A DNA stretch of 64,000 nt from an uncultured delta proteobacterium (lineage in GTDB: Bacteria; Desulfobacterota; Binatia; UBA9968), in assembly GCA_963727625.1 (NCBI GenBank), contig CAVSHR010000004.1:608001-672000 (forward strand), given 5' to 3'. Shown here piece by piece: positions 1-10,296 of the stretch. The position numbers and the translations under genes are program-made. How positions within the stretch are numbered: position 1 is the stretch's first letter; every line of letters starts with the position of its first letter. The notes under the pieces are model-generated. The model worked only from the letters and a program-made list of their open reading frames with translations, searched no databases and was not told the DNA's origin.

Positions 1-846
1 CCGGCGCGCCAAGCGATCATTCCGGGGCTGGTGCCGCAGACCTATCTTCTCAATGCGGTCACGATAGCGACCTTGATGATGCAAGGGAGTCAACTGACCG
101 CACCTGTGATCGCCGGTTTTCTGATCGATTTTCTAGGCATCCACGTTTCATACGTCACCGACGCCATACTGTTTATTCCATCGGTAATCTGCGTATGGCT
201 CATCCGGGCCCCGGGCCGGCCGCAGGGCCAGCGTCGCAAGATTAGCTGGAGAAGCCTGATCGAAGGCTTCGAGTTTTTGTGGCACACCCCAATCGTATTA
301 TCTTTGTTTGTCCTGGATTTTTTCGCCGTGCTGTTCGGCTTTTTTCGGCCCATCCTGCCGATCTTCGCCGAGAGCGTCTTCCATGTCGGCGCGCGCGGCT
401 TGGGCATGCTTTACGCGGCGCCCGCGGTCGGAGCGATGGTGGGTTCGGCGCTCTTGCTCGCGGCCGGCGATATCAAGCGCAAAGGAGCTGTTTCTATCGT
501 AGCGACGTTGCTGTTTGGCCTCAGCCTTGCTCTTCTTGGGTTGTCGAAAAATCTTTTGATGGGTCTGTTTGCGGTCGGAGCGCTAGGCTTCAACGACGCC
601 ATCACCGTCACAATCCGCCGAACCGTGGTGCAAATTATCGCGCCCGACGACATGCGCGGTCGCGCGACCAGCTTTCTGACCGTCTTCGCGCAAACGACGA
701 ACGCGACCGGGGCAATCATCGCCGGGGCTGGCGTGGCGTTGCTCGGCGCGTCCAATGCCGCGCTGGTCGGTAGCCTATTATGCACGCTGACGATTATCGG
801 AACTTGCTGGGCAATACCCCAGCTGTGGAGTTATCGCTCGGATTGA
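1..846 (+). CDS. MFS transporter (EntS/DHA3-like), 5' partial
   Basis: Frame 1 is open from base 1 (PARQAIIPGLVPQ...). It has multiple TM segments and the MFS loop motif APDDMRGRA. Confidence 0.85.
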   Translation, partial: PARQAIIPGLVPQTYLLNAVTIATLMMQGSQLTAPVIAGFLIDFLGIHVSYVTDAILFIPSVICVWLIRAPGRPQGQRRKISWRSLIEGFEFLWHTPIVLSLFVLDFFAVLFGFFRPILPIFAESVFHVGARGLGMLYAAPAVGAMVGSALLLAAGDIKRKGAVSIVATLLFGLSLALLGLSKNLLMGLFAVGALGFNDAITVTIRRTVVQIIAPDDMRGRATSFLTVFAQTTNATGAIIAGAGVALLGASNAALVGSLLCTLTIIGTCWAIPQLWSYRSD

Positions 847-916
847 TCCTGGGGTTGCGCACTGGCGTTCTTACCTTGCACCCTTGAACGGTTAAACGTT
901 GGAACGGCCGCTTGCT

Positions 917-2218
917 TTATTGCTCCGTCGTCAACAGCGCCACCGTTTCCACTTCTTCCGTCTGCGGGAACATATCGAAGGGCTGAATCTGGGCGATCCG
1001 ATAATTTACTGCCAAGAGCTTGTCGAGATCCCGCGCCAAGCTGCGCGGCGCACAGGAAACGTAGACGAGCGTCGGCGCATCAAACTCAAGCAGCGCCGCC
1101 AGGGCTGCGGGCTGAAGCCCCTTGCGCGGCGGGTTGAGCACCGCCAGATCGACCTTGGACAAGGTTTGACGCAATTGTGACGCAACCGCCGCGACATCGC
1201 CGGCGATGAAACGGCAGTTGCCCCGGCCGTTGCGCCGGGCATTTTGCTTCGCCGTGGCGATCGCCGCCTCGCTTTCATCGATGGCCCAAACCTGCCGCGC
1301 GCAGTCTGCGAGCAGGAGCGCCATCGGGCCCACACCGCAATACAAGTCGAGCACGGTTTCACCGCCCTGCAAGCCGGCCATCGCGCAGACATGCTCATAG
1401 AGCTTGCGCGCAGTGAAAGGGTTAGCCTGAGAAAAGACACCGGGCGGAAAGACCAACTTCAAATCGCCGACCCGCTCCATAATCGTGTCGCGCCCGCCCA
1501 GCGTGCGAAAGCTTTTTCCCCAGATGACGTTGCCGCGCTCTTCATTTACATTTTGGATCACCCCGGTGATAAACGGAAAGCGCTCGATTAGGGCGCGCGC
1601 AAGCAGCTGGCCCTGCGGAAAAGTGTTATGCCGCGTGACCAGCGTCAGGCTCAGCTCGCGCCGTGCAACGCTGTAGCGAAAATCTAAATAGCGCAGATCG
1701 CCGCTGTCGTCGCGCTCGTCATAGGGCGCGATGGCATGCTCCAAAATTTTCTTCTTGAGATAAAACACCACCTGATTCACCGGCTGCGGATGCACCGGGC
1801 AAGCGGAGATATCGATGACCCGATGGCTGTGCGGCACGTAGAGCCCCATGGCGATCTGATTGCGGTTCTTGCGCACGACGAGTTTCACGCGCGCCCGGTA
1901 ACCCAAACGCCGCGGCGAAGCGATGACTGGCGGCACTTCAATACCAGCAAGCGATGGATACTCGGCCAAGGCCTGGCTAACAATCGTCCGCTTTCTGGTC
2001 AACTGTTCGGGATAAGGAACCTTGATAAAAGGACAGCCGACGCAGGCCGGATAATGTGGACAATAGGCCTCGTATTCGTCTCGGGCCGACGCACCAAACT
2101 CTCGTTGACCGGCGGGCTTAGAACGCGGATGGGAAGTTTTACTATATTTTTTGTTCACCTCGGGAAGATTACCGGCCAATGCAGCCGGGGTCAATGCACG
2201 CTGGAAGACCCGCCGCAC
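917..2218 (-). CDS. rlmD: 23S rRNA (uracil-C5)-methyltransferase RlmD family
   Basis: Fe-S motif CPHYPACVGC...C, FSQAN, SAM motif LDLYCGVG, NPPRKG, catalytic YVSC and DMFPQT. No clear TRAM domain; true start uncertain. Confidence 0.9.
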   Translation of the reverse strand: MRRVFQRALTPAALAGNLPEVNKKYSKTSHPRSKPAGQREFGASARDEYEAYCPHYPACVGCPFIKVPYPEQLTRKRTIVSQALAEYPSLAGIEVPPVIASPRRLGYRARVKLVVRKNRNQIAMGLYVPHSHRVIDISACPVHPQPVNQVVFYLKKKILEHAIAPYDERDDSGDLRYLDFRYSVARRELSLTLVTRHNTFPQGQLLARALIERFPFITGVIQNVNEERGNVIWGKSFRTLGGRDTIMERVGDLKLVFPPGVFSQANPFTARKLYEHVCAMAGLQGGETVLDLYCGVGPMALLLADCARQVWAIDESEAAIATAKQNARRNGRGNCRFIAGDVAAVASQLRQTLSKVDLAVLNPPRKGLQPAALAALLEFDAPTLVYVSCAPRSLARDLDKLLAVNYRIAQIQPFDMFPQTEEVETVALLTTEQ

Positions 2219-2227
2219 TGCGGCAAA

Positions 2228-2647
2228 CTATTCGCCGATAATTTTCACCAGCACGCGCTTCTTCCGCCGGCCGTCGAACTCGCCGTAGAAAATCTGCTCC
2301 CACGGCCCGAAATCCAGTTTGCCCTCGGTGATCGCCAGGACCACCTCCCGGCCCATCACCTGCCGTTTCATATAAGCGTCGGCATTGTCTTCGCCGGTGT
2401 CGTTGTGGCGGTACTGCTTAATCGGTTCGTGCGGCGCGAGTTTTTCGAGCCAGACGGTGTAATCGTGGTGCAACCCGGACTCGTTGTCGTTGATAAAAAC
2501 CGATGCCGTAATATGCATGGCATTGACTAAAACGAGTCCCTCCCTGACGCCGCTCTCCCGAACACAGTCCTCCACCTGATGAGTAATGTTCACGAAACCG
2601 ACCCGCGTCGGCGTATTAAACCAGAGCTCTTTGCGAGAACTTTTCAT
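2228..2647 (-). CDS. yjbQ: YjbQ/UPF0047 family protein
   Basis: Family motifs HITAS..INDNE, EDNADA and [15 protein letters not shown]; 139 aa. Confidence 0.92.
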   Translation of the reverse strand: MKSSRKELWFNTPTRVGFVNITHQVEDCVRESGVREGLVLVNAMHITASVFINDNESGLHHDYTVWLEKLAPHEPIKQYRHNDTGEDNADAYMKRQVMGREVVLAITEGKLDFGPWEQIFYGEFDGRRKKRVLVKIIGE

Positions 2648-2760
2648 GACATCGCACCTCGACCATTTGATCTATGGTCTAAGAATTTATACAGATATTA
2701 GACGCTAAAGTCAGTCGTGAGCACGATTCGAGCACCACTCGCGGCTTTTTCCAGGCCAAC

Positions 2761-2796
2761 GATTGGAACGGCTTGAACGGCTGAAACGATTTGAAC
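2761..2796 (+). repeat. Degenerate 9-bp tandem array (GRYTTGAAC-like, 4 units)
   Basis: gattggaac ggcttgaac ggctgaaac gatttgaac, just upstream of the RBS of the 2815 gene. Confidence 0.75.
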
Positions 2797-2814
2797 GTTT
2801 TTTGCGGAGGAACA

Positions 2815-4278
2815 ATGAGCGACGAAGTCCGTTTTATCGATACTACGGTGCGCGACGGCAATCAGAGCCTTTGGGCGCTGAACCTGAAGATCGGTTCCAT
2901 GCTGCCGGCGTTGCCCCATATGGACGAAGCCGGCTTCGAGTCGATGGAATTTTTTCTCAGCGTGATCTTTAAAAAGTATGTGCGCGAACACAAGGAAAAT
3001 CCCTGGTACTGGCTCAAGGAAGGAACCCAACGCATTAAAAAAACTCGCTTGCGTTATCACGGCGGCATGCACAGCGCCTTTGAGAAAACCCCGCACTGCA
3101 TTCTCAAGCTCTTGGTTGAAAGGCTCGTCTCCTACGGTTTGACGTTGACGCGCACGTCAAATTGCTGGAATGACTATGACGCATTCAAAGAGGAAATAGA
3201 CGATTTGAAAAAGCACGGCATGGACACCGTGGCAAACCTGATTTACTCGGTCTCGCCGCGCCACACCGACGCCTATTACGCGCAGAAGGCTAAAGAAGCC
3301 GCCGCCAGCAACCCCTGGAGAATTTGCTTCAAAGATGTCGGCGGCCTGCTCACGCCGGAGCGGGCGCGTACTTTAATCCCCGTGGTGCTCAAGGCCGCCG
3401 GCGATATTCCGGTGGAGTTCCATGCCCATTGCAACAGCGGCCACGCGCCCGTCAACTATCTCGAAGGCGTCAAGCTTGGCATGCGCATTCTTCATACCGC
3501 CATTCCGCCGCTCGCGAACGGTTCGTCACAGCCCTCGGTATTCAATATCGCGAACAATCTAAGGGCGCTCGGCTTCGACCCGCAGGTCGATCTCAAACCG
3601 CTTGAACCGGTGGTGAAACATTTCACTGCGGTGGCGAAGAGAGACGGCCTGCCGATCGGCAAACCGGTGGAATACGACCACTCGATGTACGGTCACCAGG
3701 TTCCCGGCGGCATGATTTCCAATATGCGCCACCAGTTAAAGATCGTCGGCAAAGAACATCTAATGGACGCGGCGTTGGAAGAAGCCGCCGAAGTGCGCAA
3801 AGATTTCGGTTACCCGATCATGGTGACGCCGCTGTCGCAATTCGTCGGCACGCAAGCGGCGATCAACGTCATCGTCGGCGAGCGCTACAAAGAAGTACCG
3901 GATCAGAACATTCAGTACGCCTTGGGCATTTGGGGCCACGAAGCCGTCGAAGTAATGGACCCGAACGTCCGCGATAAAATCCTCACCCGGCCGCGCGCCA
4001 TGGAATGGACGCACTGGGAACAACCCGAACCATCGTTGCACGAGGTCCGGCAGAAATATGGCGTGCAGCTTTCCGACGAAGAGCTAATTTTACACTACTT
4101 CGCCGGTGAGGATTACGTAAAAGCGCTGCCCAATGGCGGCAAACCGCGCGAATATTTGGACGCCACCCAGCCGTTGGTGAAAATCATCGAGCAGCTCTCC
4201 AAGCGCAAAGAATCAAACCGGGTCTACATCAAGCAACCGGGATTCACGATCAGGATGGAGAAACGCGCGACGATTTAG
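2815..4278 (+). CDS. Pyruvate carboxylase / oxaloacetate decarboxylase-type carboxyltransferase subunit, no biotinyl domain
   Basis: DTTVRDGNQS, FKDVGG, HAH metal motif, HQVPGGMISN and GYPIMVTPLSQFVG. RBS ggagg precedes ATG 2815. No EAMKM biotin motif. Confidence 0.88.
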   Translation: MSDEVRFIDTTVRDGNQSLWALNLKIGSMLPALPHMDEAGFESMEFFLSVIFKKYVREHKENPWYWLKEGTQRIKKTRLRYHGGMHSAFEKTPHCILKLLVERLVSYGLTLTRTSNCWNDYDAFKEEIDDLKKHGMDTVANLIYSVSPRHTDAYYAQKAKEAAASNPWRICFKDVGGLLTPERARTLIPVVLKAAGDIPVEFHAHCNSGHAPVNYLEGVKLGMRILHTAIPPLANGSSQPSVFNIANNLRALGFDPQVDLKPLEPVVKHFTAVAKRDGLPIGKPVEYDHSMYGHQVPGGMISNMRHQLKIVGKEHLMDAALEEAAEVRKDFGYPIMVTPLSQFVGTQAAINVIVGERYKEVPDQNIQYALGIWGHEAVEVMDPNVRDKILTRPRAMEWTHWEQPEPSLHEVRQKYGVQLSDEELILHYFAGEDYVKALPNGGKPREYLDATQPLVKIIEQLSKRKESNRVYIKQPGFTIRMEKRATI

Positions 4279-4295
4279 GGAAAGGGAGTTTTCTG

Positions 4296-4338
4296 ATTTC
4301 GAACGGCTTGAACGTTTTGAACGATTGGGACGTTGAAC
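4296..4338 (+). repeat. Degenerate TTGAAC tandem array (second copy)
   Basis: atttcgaac ggcttgaac gttttgaac gattgggac gttgaac, between convergent genes. Confidence 0.72.
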
Positions 4339-4362
4339 GCCGTAATGCCTGCACCGCAGCCG

Positions 4363-5019
4363 CTACGGATCATCCCCCTCGCTCGCCGCTCCCGGCGCCA
4401 AGTGACTCACGTCGCCCCAGGTTAAGAGCATCCAATTGTCCTCTTCGCGGGCGAAGACGTTCAAGCCTGCGTTGACGAACTCGAAGCGGCGCGGCGCTTC
4501 CAGGGGAATCTCCAGGGTATAGCGAAAGAATCCGCTCACCACCCCGCCATGAGTCACGATGACGATCTGTTCGCCTCGATGCTTAGCCGCCAGCTCGTTC
4601 AAGTAGGCGACGTTGCGCACGACCTGCTGGCGCATGCTTTCACCGCCCGGAATGACGTAATCCGGCCCCGTGGTACGAAACTGGCGGCGCTCTTCCGGAT
4701 ACTTTGCGGTGATCTCTTCGGCGTTATGTCCTTGAAAAATTCCCAGGTGGCGTTCGCGCAATCGCGCATCTGTGAAGATCTCGTGGCCGGTCAATTCGGC
4801 GATTGCCATCGCGGTTTGCACCGCCCGGCCGAGGTCGCTGCTGTAAAGCGCAGTGAATTTCTCCCGCGCTAAGCGCGCTGCCAGCGCGTTCGCCTGAGCA
4901 ACACCCCTGGCGGTCAATTTGCTGTCGAGATGCCCTTGACGGATACCCTTGATATTCCACTCGGTCTGGCCATGCCGGACAATGATGACTTGCGTGCGCT
5001 CCATTGACTTTGATTCCAT
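4363..5019 (-). CDS. Histidine phosphatase (phosphoglycerate mutase) family protein
   Basis: VRHGQT, YSSDLGRA, LRERHLG, GGES and VTHGG motifs. Start at ATG 5019 or 5004. Confidence 0.9.
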   Translation of the reverse strand: MESKSMERTQVIIVRHGQTEWNIKGIRQGHLDSKLTARGVAQANALAARLAREKFTALYSSDLGRAVQTAMAIAELTGHEIFTDARLRERHLGIFQGHNAEEITAKYPEERRQFRTTGPDYVIPGGESMRQQVVRNVAYLNELAAKHRGEQIVIVTHGGVVSGFFRYTLEIPLEAPRRFEFVNAGLNVFAREEDNWMLLTWGDVSHLAPGAASEGDDP

Positions 5020-5171
5020 TAGAATTTCGGCACCCTCAACATCCAATGTGTTGCAGTTATTGTCAACGTCCGGCTCTGGACTTAGGTCGCGAACTCGATA
5101 GGATTTGATTTGGCGTAACTTCGCCGCATTGTTATCCAAAGAATCATGTTCGATCAATCTTGAGTTACAGT

Positions 5172-7496
5172 ATGCCTAAAGATATACCCCCGAAGCAATC
5201 TTCGCTGCGCATCGTCGGCCGATCGGTACCGCGCGTCGACGGGCGCGCCAAAGTTACCGGCACCGCGGAATTTTCCGCCGACCGTTTGTCTGTGAAGCAG
5301 CTCTTGTATGGCAAAACCCTGCGCAGCTCCCATGCCCACGCGGAAATTCTTCGCATCGATGCGCGCAAAGCGGCGGCTCTCCCCGGCGTGCGCACGGTGG
5401 TCACCTTTCAAGACGCGCCAGCTATTCCTTACGAAACTGGCGATGACCCGGTCACCGACGGTGCCGTAGCGCCCGTCTACTTGCTCAATAGAACGGTGCG
5501 CCACGTCGGTGACGAGATCGCCGCCGTAGCGGCCGACACCGAGGAAATCGCCGACGAAGCCTTGCGCTTGATCGAAGTCGAGTATCGTTCCCTGCCCTTT
5601 GTCATCGATGCCGAGCGGGCGCTCGAAGCCGATGCGCCGTCGGTTCGCGGCGGCACCAACCTCGCCGGTAAAAAACCTATTGAATTTTGCCGCGGCGATG
5701 TCCGCCGCGGCATGACAGAAGCCGACATCCTTTTCGACCAGACATACCGAACACAATCGACTAGCCCGCTCGCTCTGGAACCCCGCTATAGCCTGGCTGC
5801 GTGGGATGGCGACCGCCTCACGGTGTGGAAAGCCAGCCGCAACGTTTACGGCGACCGGGAAAAACTCGCCAAAGTTTTCACCTTGCCGCATGATCAGGTG
5901 CGCGTTATCGCGTCGTACCTGGGCGGCGGCTTCGGCAGCAAAGACGAAACCCGTCTAGGCGCGATCACGGCGCTGCTTGCGCGCAAGACCGGCAAACCGG
6001 TGCGCATGGGCTACAGCCGCGAAGAAGAATTGGGCTACGGCAAATGGCGCCACGCCACCGCAACGCGGATTCGCATGGGACTCAAACGTGAAGGTACGAT
6101 CACGGCGATTGATACCACGAGCACACTCAATACCGGCCCCTATTCACCAGGTTACGGTGTGGCATCTCGACTCGGCCACGGTCTCACTTATCTCTATCGC
6201 TGTCCCAACGCGCGCTTTGTCGGCAAGGTCGCCTACACCAACAGTCCCTTGGCCGGTTCCTATCGCGGCCTCGGCGCGCCCCAAGCCCACTTTGCCCTGG
6301 AGTCCTGCGTCGACGAAGTCGCCGAAAGGCTCGGTATCGATCCGCTCGAATTTCGTTTGCGCCATTGCGTCGGTCCCGAGGGTCAGCCGGGAGCGCGCGT
6401 TACGGCGATCGACAGCCTCATTCCCGCGCAACCGATCGAAGGCGGCGTGCCATTCTCGAGCAACCACCTAGCGGAATGCCTTCGCGTGGGCGCCGAACGA
6501 ATCGGCTGGAAAACACACTCCGACGGCCCGCGCAGAAGCTTACTCGATGGCAAATATCGCGGCATGGGCTTGGCCGCGTGTATTTATAAGACCGGTCAAT
6601 CCCAGTCCTCGGCGATCGTAAAGATTCGAGATGACGGCAGCGCCGAACTGTTTATGAGCATTACCGAAATCGGCCAGGGCGCCTGGACCATTTTACGTCA
6701 AATCGTCGCCGAAACTCTCGGTGTAAATTTTGATAAAGTTCACGCTACCTTCGCCGATACGGCAAAAACGCCATTTGCCCACAGCACCTCGGGCAGCACG
6801 ACAACCTTCACCTCGGGACTGGCGGCTCGGCAGGCCGCGGACGACGCGAAGCAGCGCTTGTTGACAAGCGCCGGAAAAATTCTCGAAATCGAGCCGGAGC
6901 ATTTGGTTTTACGGGATCGTTACGTCGCCATCGCCGACACACCGGAAATCAAGATTCCCATTGGTCACGTCATCCGGCGCCAGCCAAGTCAGCTTATCGT
7001 GGGCGAAACAAAACTGCGCGCCGGCAGCAAGACCCATATTATCAATTCCTTCGCCGCCCACTTCGCCGAAGTGGACGTCGATCCCGATACCGGCGCGGTG
7101 TCCGTCCGCCGCTATGTCGCGGCCCACGACTCCGGCCGGATCGTCCACCCCGAGGCCGCGCGCGGCCAGATCATCGGGGGTGTGGTGCAAGGCATCGGCT
7201 ACGCGTTGATGGAAGAGATTGCCATGGACCCCGACACCGGCGCGCCGCTCACGCTCAACCTCGATTCATTTAAAATTCCCAATTTGATCGACGTCCCGCC
7301 CATCGAAGCGATTTTGATCGAAGAGCCCGATCCCGTCGGCCCCTTTGGCGCCAAGGCCCTTGGCGAACCCCCCCTGGTACCGGTCGCTGCGGCCATTGCC
7401 AACGCCGTCTATGATGCTACCGGCGTGCGCATCCGTGAGCTGCCGATCACGGCGGAAAAAGTGCGCCAGGGATTGTTCTTAAATTCTCGTCCATAG
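5172..7496 (+). CDS. Xanthine dehydrogenase family molybdopterin-binding (large) subunit
   Basis: RVDGRAKVTG, GGGFGSK, YRGLGAPQ, EIGQG, AHDSGRIVHP, GQIIGG and GAKALGEPP (catalytic Glu). Confidence 0.93.
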   Translation: MPKDIPPKQSSLRIVGRSVPRVDGRAKVTGTAEFSADRLSVKQLLYGKTLRSSHAHAEILRIDARKAAALPGVRTVVTFQDAPAIPYETGDDPVTDGAVAPVYLLNRTVRHVGDEIAAVAADTEEIADEALRLIEVEYRSLPFVIDAERALEADAPSVRGGTNLAGKKPIEFCRGDVRRGMTEADILFDQTYRTQSTSPLALEPRYSLAAWDGDRLTVWKASRNVYGDREKLAKVFTLPHDQVRVIASYLGGGFGSKDETRLGAITALLARKTGKPVRMGYSREEELGYGKWRHATATRIRMGLKREGTITAIDTTSTLNTGPYSPGYGVASRLGHGLTYLYRCPNARFVGKVAYTNSPLAGSYRGLGAPQAHFALESCVDEVAERLGIDPLEFRLRHCVGPEGQPGARVTAIDSLIPAQPIEGGVPFSSNHLAECLRVGAERIGWKTHSDGPRRSLLDGKYRGMGLAACIYKTGQSQSSAIVKIRDDGSAELFMSITEIGQGAWTILRQIVAETLGVNFDKVHATFADTAKTPFAHSTSGSTTTFTSGLAARQAADDAKQRLLTSAGKILEIEPEHLVLRDRYVAIADTPEIKIPIGHVIRRQPSQLIVGETKLRAGSKTHIINSFAAHFAEVDVDPDTGAVSVRRYVAAHDSGRIVHPEAARGQIIGGVVQGIGYALMEEIAMDPDTGAPLTLNLDSFKIPNLIDVPPIEAILIEEPDPVGPFGAKALGEPPLVPVAAAIANAVYDATGVRIRELPITAEKVRQGLFLNSRP

Positions 7497-7515
7497 ACCG
7501 GCGGATCTCGGCGAC

Positions 7516-8328
7516 ATGCCCTACGTCAAACGCGACGCGATCAAAATTTACTATAAACGCCACGGAAACGGTGATCCCTTGCTGTTTTTCAGCGAGACCG
7601 CTTGTGCCGGCGATATCTGGCATGCTTTTCAGGTTCCAGAATTTTCCCGTGATCACCTGGTGATCACCCATGATTACCGCGGCACGGGTAAATCGAGCCG
7701 GCCGACCACGCAATATTCTTGCGAGGATTTTGTCGATGACGCCGCCGCAATTCTAGATCGCTTGAGCGGCGGGCCGGCGATCCTGCTCGGCCATTCCATG
7801 GGCGGGCGGGTGGCGCTGCTGATGGCGCTCACGTATCCGGCCAAAGTGCAGCGACTTATCGTCGCTTCGGTGGGCCCCGGGGTTTCCGGCGCGCCGCCGA
7901 TTCCATTTAAAATGTGCAAAGAAATGGTCGAATGGGGTTACGAGAAATACGTGCGTGAGCACACTCTCGAAGTGGGCTGGACGGCCGAATATATCGCCGG
8001 CCACCCGGATCGAGTTGAAAGCTTTCTCAAAATCCGCATGGGCAACCTGCCGCGATTAGAAGACTATTTACGCCACGTGGTCGCCCGGCAAGCCTGCGAC
8101 CTCAGCTCGCGAATTAAGGAGATCCGCCATCCTACACTGGTGATCGTCGGCGATCACGATCACGGCTCGGCAACCGGCGTATCCCATAGAGTCGCGTCGG
8201 AAGCCCTCGCCAATGCATTGCCCAACAGCCGGTACGCAGTCATCCCCAACGAAGCACACAACTATTTCATGACCAACCCCGCCGAGGCGCATAGAATCAT
8301 CAGAGAGTTTCTGGTTACGAGCTGCTAG
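7516..8328 (+). CDS. Alpha/beta hydrolase
   Basis: DYRGTGKS, nucleophile elbow GHSMGG, GDHD acid and C-terminal AH. Lies 19 bp after the Mo-enzyme gene. Confidence 0.9.
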   Translation: MPYVKRDAIKIYYKRHGNGDPLLFFSETACAGDIWHAFQVPEFSRDHLVITHDYRGTGKSSRPTTQYSCEDFVDDAAAILDRLSGGPAILLGHSMGGRVALLMALTYPAKVQRLIVASVGPGVSGAPPIPFKMCKEMVEWGYEKYVREHTLEVGWTAEYIAGHPDRVESFLKIRMGNLPRLEDYLRHVVARQACDLSSRIKEIRHPTLVIVGDHDHGSATGVSHRVASEALANALPNSRYAVIPNEAHNYFMTNPAEAHRIIREFLVTSC

Positions 8329-8497
8329 TTGTTTTAGACGTTACGGCTCTAGCAGCGAACTTTGGAACGCAACAGGAATCATCCGACAACACGAGACCCT
8401 ATACTTACACTACAGATCCTGGACGCTGCCCCTCCGGCTTGACAACTTCCGAGCCACTAACCTACAAGTTAGACAGTCGCCCGTGAGGAGGCTCAGC

Positions 8498-9310
8498 ATG
8501 CTCGCAAAAATCCGCCATGTCGCCATGTACACGCACAAGCACGCCATCGTCGATAGATTCTATAAGACCGTTTTCGGCATGCGGCGCATGACCAGCAACA
8601 CCCTCGACGACACCGGCAAGCAGAATACCGAACGCGGCCATATCAGCGACGGGGTTATCGGCCTGGCGATCCTATCGCGCTACGCCGGCATGCAATCGGG
8701 CATGGACCATTTCGGCTTCGAAGTCGACGATATCAAGGAATATGTCCGGCGCATGGAGCAATATTATCCCAAGACGATGATTGCCAAGGGGCTGGAGTAC
8801 GTGCCCTTTGCGGGGTTGCGCAGCTACGATCCAGCCGGCACACAGTTTGACATCGCCCAGGCGCATATCGCCAACGTGCGTGAAGGCTACAACCAATCGG
8901 GCTGGGAGCAGCCGCGCTGGATCAATCACATATCGATCCGTGCCGACGATCCGTCAAGAGCAGCGGAATTCTACGAGAAAGTATTCGGGCTCAAGGAAGC
9001 GGAGACTTACCGTGACGACGGCACGATCTGCATGACCGACGGCAAAGTCAAACTGCTGCTCCGCCCGCGCGATCAAACCTTATACCGCGGGCTGCGCGAA
9101 GGGCTCGACCACATCGGTTTCAAAGTCGAAAGCTTGGAGCGCGTCAAAGAAGATCTGGCGGCCTTTGCCGCCGCGGAAGCGGAATCGGCTGACGGAAAAT
9201 TCGGGGTCGGCGGCAACGGCAAGAAGAACACGGAAGACTTTCAACGCTGCTGTTTGGGCCAGCACTTCACCGCCGATCCCGACGGCGTATTCATCGATAT
9301 GGCGGAATGA
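8498..9310 (+). CDS. Two-domain VOC (glyoxalase/extradiol-like) protein
   Basis: Repeated KIRHVAM/INHISI, DHFGF/DHIGF and DPAG/DPDG modules. RBS aggagg precedes ATG 8498. Confidence 0.85.
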   Translation: MLAKIRHVAMYTHKHAIVDRFYKTVFGMRRMTSNTLDDTGKQNTERGHISDGVIGLAILSRYAGMQSGMDHFGFEVDDIKEYVRRMEQYYPKTMIAKGLEYVPFAGLRSYDPAGTQFDIAQAHIANVREGYNQSGWEQPRWINHISIRADDPSRAAEFYEKVFGLKEAETYRDDGTICMTDGKVKLLLRPRDQTLYRGLREGLDHIGFKVESLERVKEDLAAFAAAEAESADGKFGVGGNGKKNTEDFQRCCLGQHFTADPDGVFIDMAE

Positions 9311-9434
9311 GTAGTGAGTTTAGCCGGACAATCTGTCGCCACGGCGAGAAACGATAATACGGGCGACTAACCCGCTAATTCGCCAGACGTTTGGTGTAAA
9401 ACTTGATGAGCCGTGACTCGATCCCACGCCGCGG

Positions 9435-10124
9435 TCAATTGAGCGTGCGCGGCGGAGCTTCCGACTCGATGTCGAGTGGTGCAGCGCCCAAGCGCAGCAG
9501 ATTAACCAGCATTTGCTCGCGATCTTTCAAGTCGATCGCTTCCAGCAGCGCCTGCTTTTCCGCCGGATGAAACGGCAATGACACCGCAAGCAGATTGACT
9601 AATTCCAAGTCGGAAAACTTCTCGGCTTGGTCCGGCCGCACTTGCATGCCATGGGCCTTGCCGTAGGTCGCAAGTGCGGCCAAAACCACGGATCGATCAC
9701 ACTGCCAGTTTTGTTCCAAGCGCGCGTCGGGAAACTCTTGATAGGACGCTTTGACCCGACGATAACCGCGCTGGAACTTCAGTTCCTCGCTAAAGCGAAA
9801 GCGGTTAACGCCCTTCAGCTGGAGGAAGTAGCGCCCATCCGGCAATTTTTCCCACTTCTCGATGTAGCCGGCGCAGCCGACTTTGTACAAGTCCGGCGCC
9901 GAACTGTCGGCTCCGGGTTGCGGGCCGCGATTGTCGTTCTGTGGCGTGAACGGCTGAATCATCCCGAAAATCTTGTCGCCGTCGAGCGCGTCTTCGACCA
10001 TGGCGCGATAGCGCCGCTCGAAAATATGCAGCGGCAAAACGGTGCCCGGCAACAGCATGACGCCGGTCAATGGAAACACCGCCAGGATATCCGGAAGTGG
10101 CATTTGCGGAACGGTCATCACCAT
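9435..10124 (-). CDS. Stand-alone Lon N-terminal substrate-binding domain protein
   Basis: VFPL..VMLLPG..LPLHIFERRY, LPDGRY, G..RF and EKQALLE. No AAA or protease domain. Confidence 0.9.
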   Translation of the reverse strand: MVMTVPQMPLPDILAVFPLTGVMLLPGTVLPLHIFERRYRAMVEDALDGDKIFGMIQPFTPQNDNRGPQPGADSSAPDLYKVGCAGYIEKWEKLPDGRYFLQLKGVNRFRFSEELKFQRGYRRVKASYQEFPDARLEQNWQCDRSVVLAALATYGKAHGMQVRPDQAEKFSDLELVNLLAVSLPFHPAEKQALLEAIDLKDREQMLVNLLRLGAAPLDIESEAPPRTLN

Positions 10125-10296
10125 GAGTGATCCCTCGTTATAATTTTCTTATAGAGCAATGCTCTTGGGGGGTCAAGGTTAAAGCGGCGCCGGGATGCGC
10201 GCATTCAGCACGGCCCTTGCATTGTGCACCGAGGGTATTTTACTTTGACACAACTGATTTGACTTTCAGCGCAGCAAAGATTCGAGGTGAGAGAAG

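Noticed and set aside
1736-2530. Long antisense or alternate-frame ORFs (also 20592-21470, 25610-26515, 30958-31908, 50316-51116, 62638-63441)
   Set aside because: They are shadows of well-supported genes in GC-rich DNA, with no motifs of their own.
2761-2796. TTGAAC arrays as a CRISPR, or as the ORF MERLERLKRFER (2763-2972)
   Set aside because: Units are 7-9 bp with no spacers and no cas genes. The peptide periodicity is a by-product of the repeat, and the ORF overlaps a real gene out of frame.
8439-8470. Several TTGACA/TTGACG hexamers upstream of genes (also near 21798, 28332, 30937, 33924)
   Set aside because: No convincing -10 element at 16-18 bp spacing, so they are not reported as promoters.
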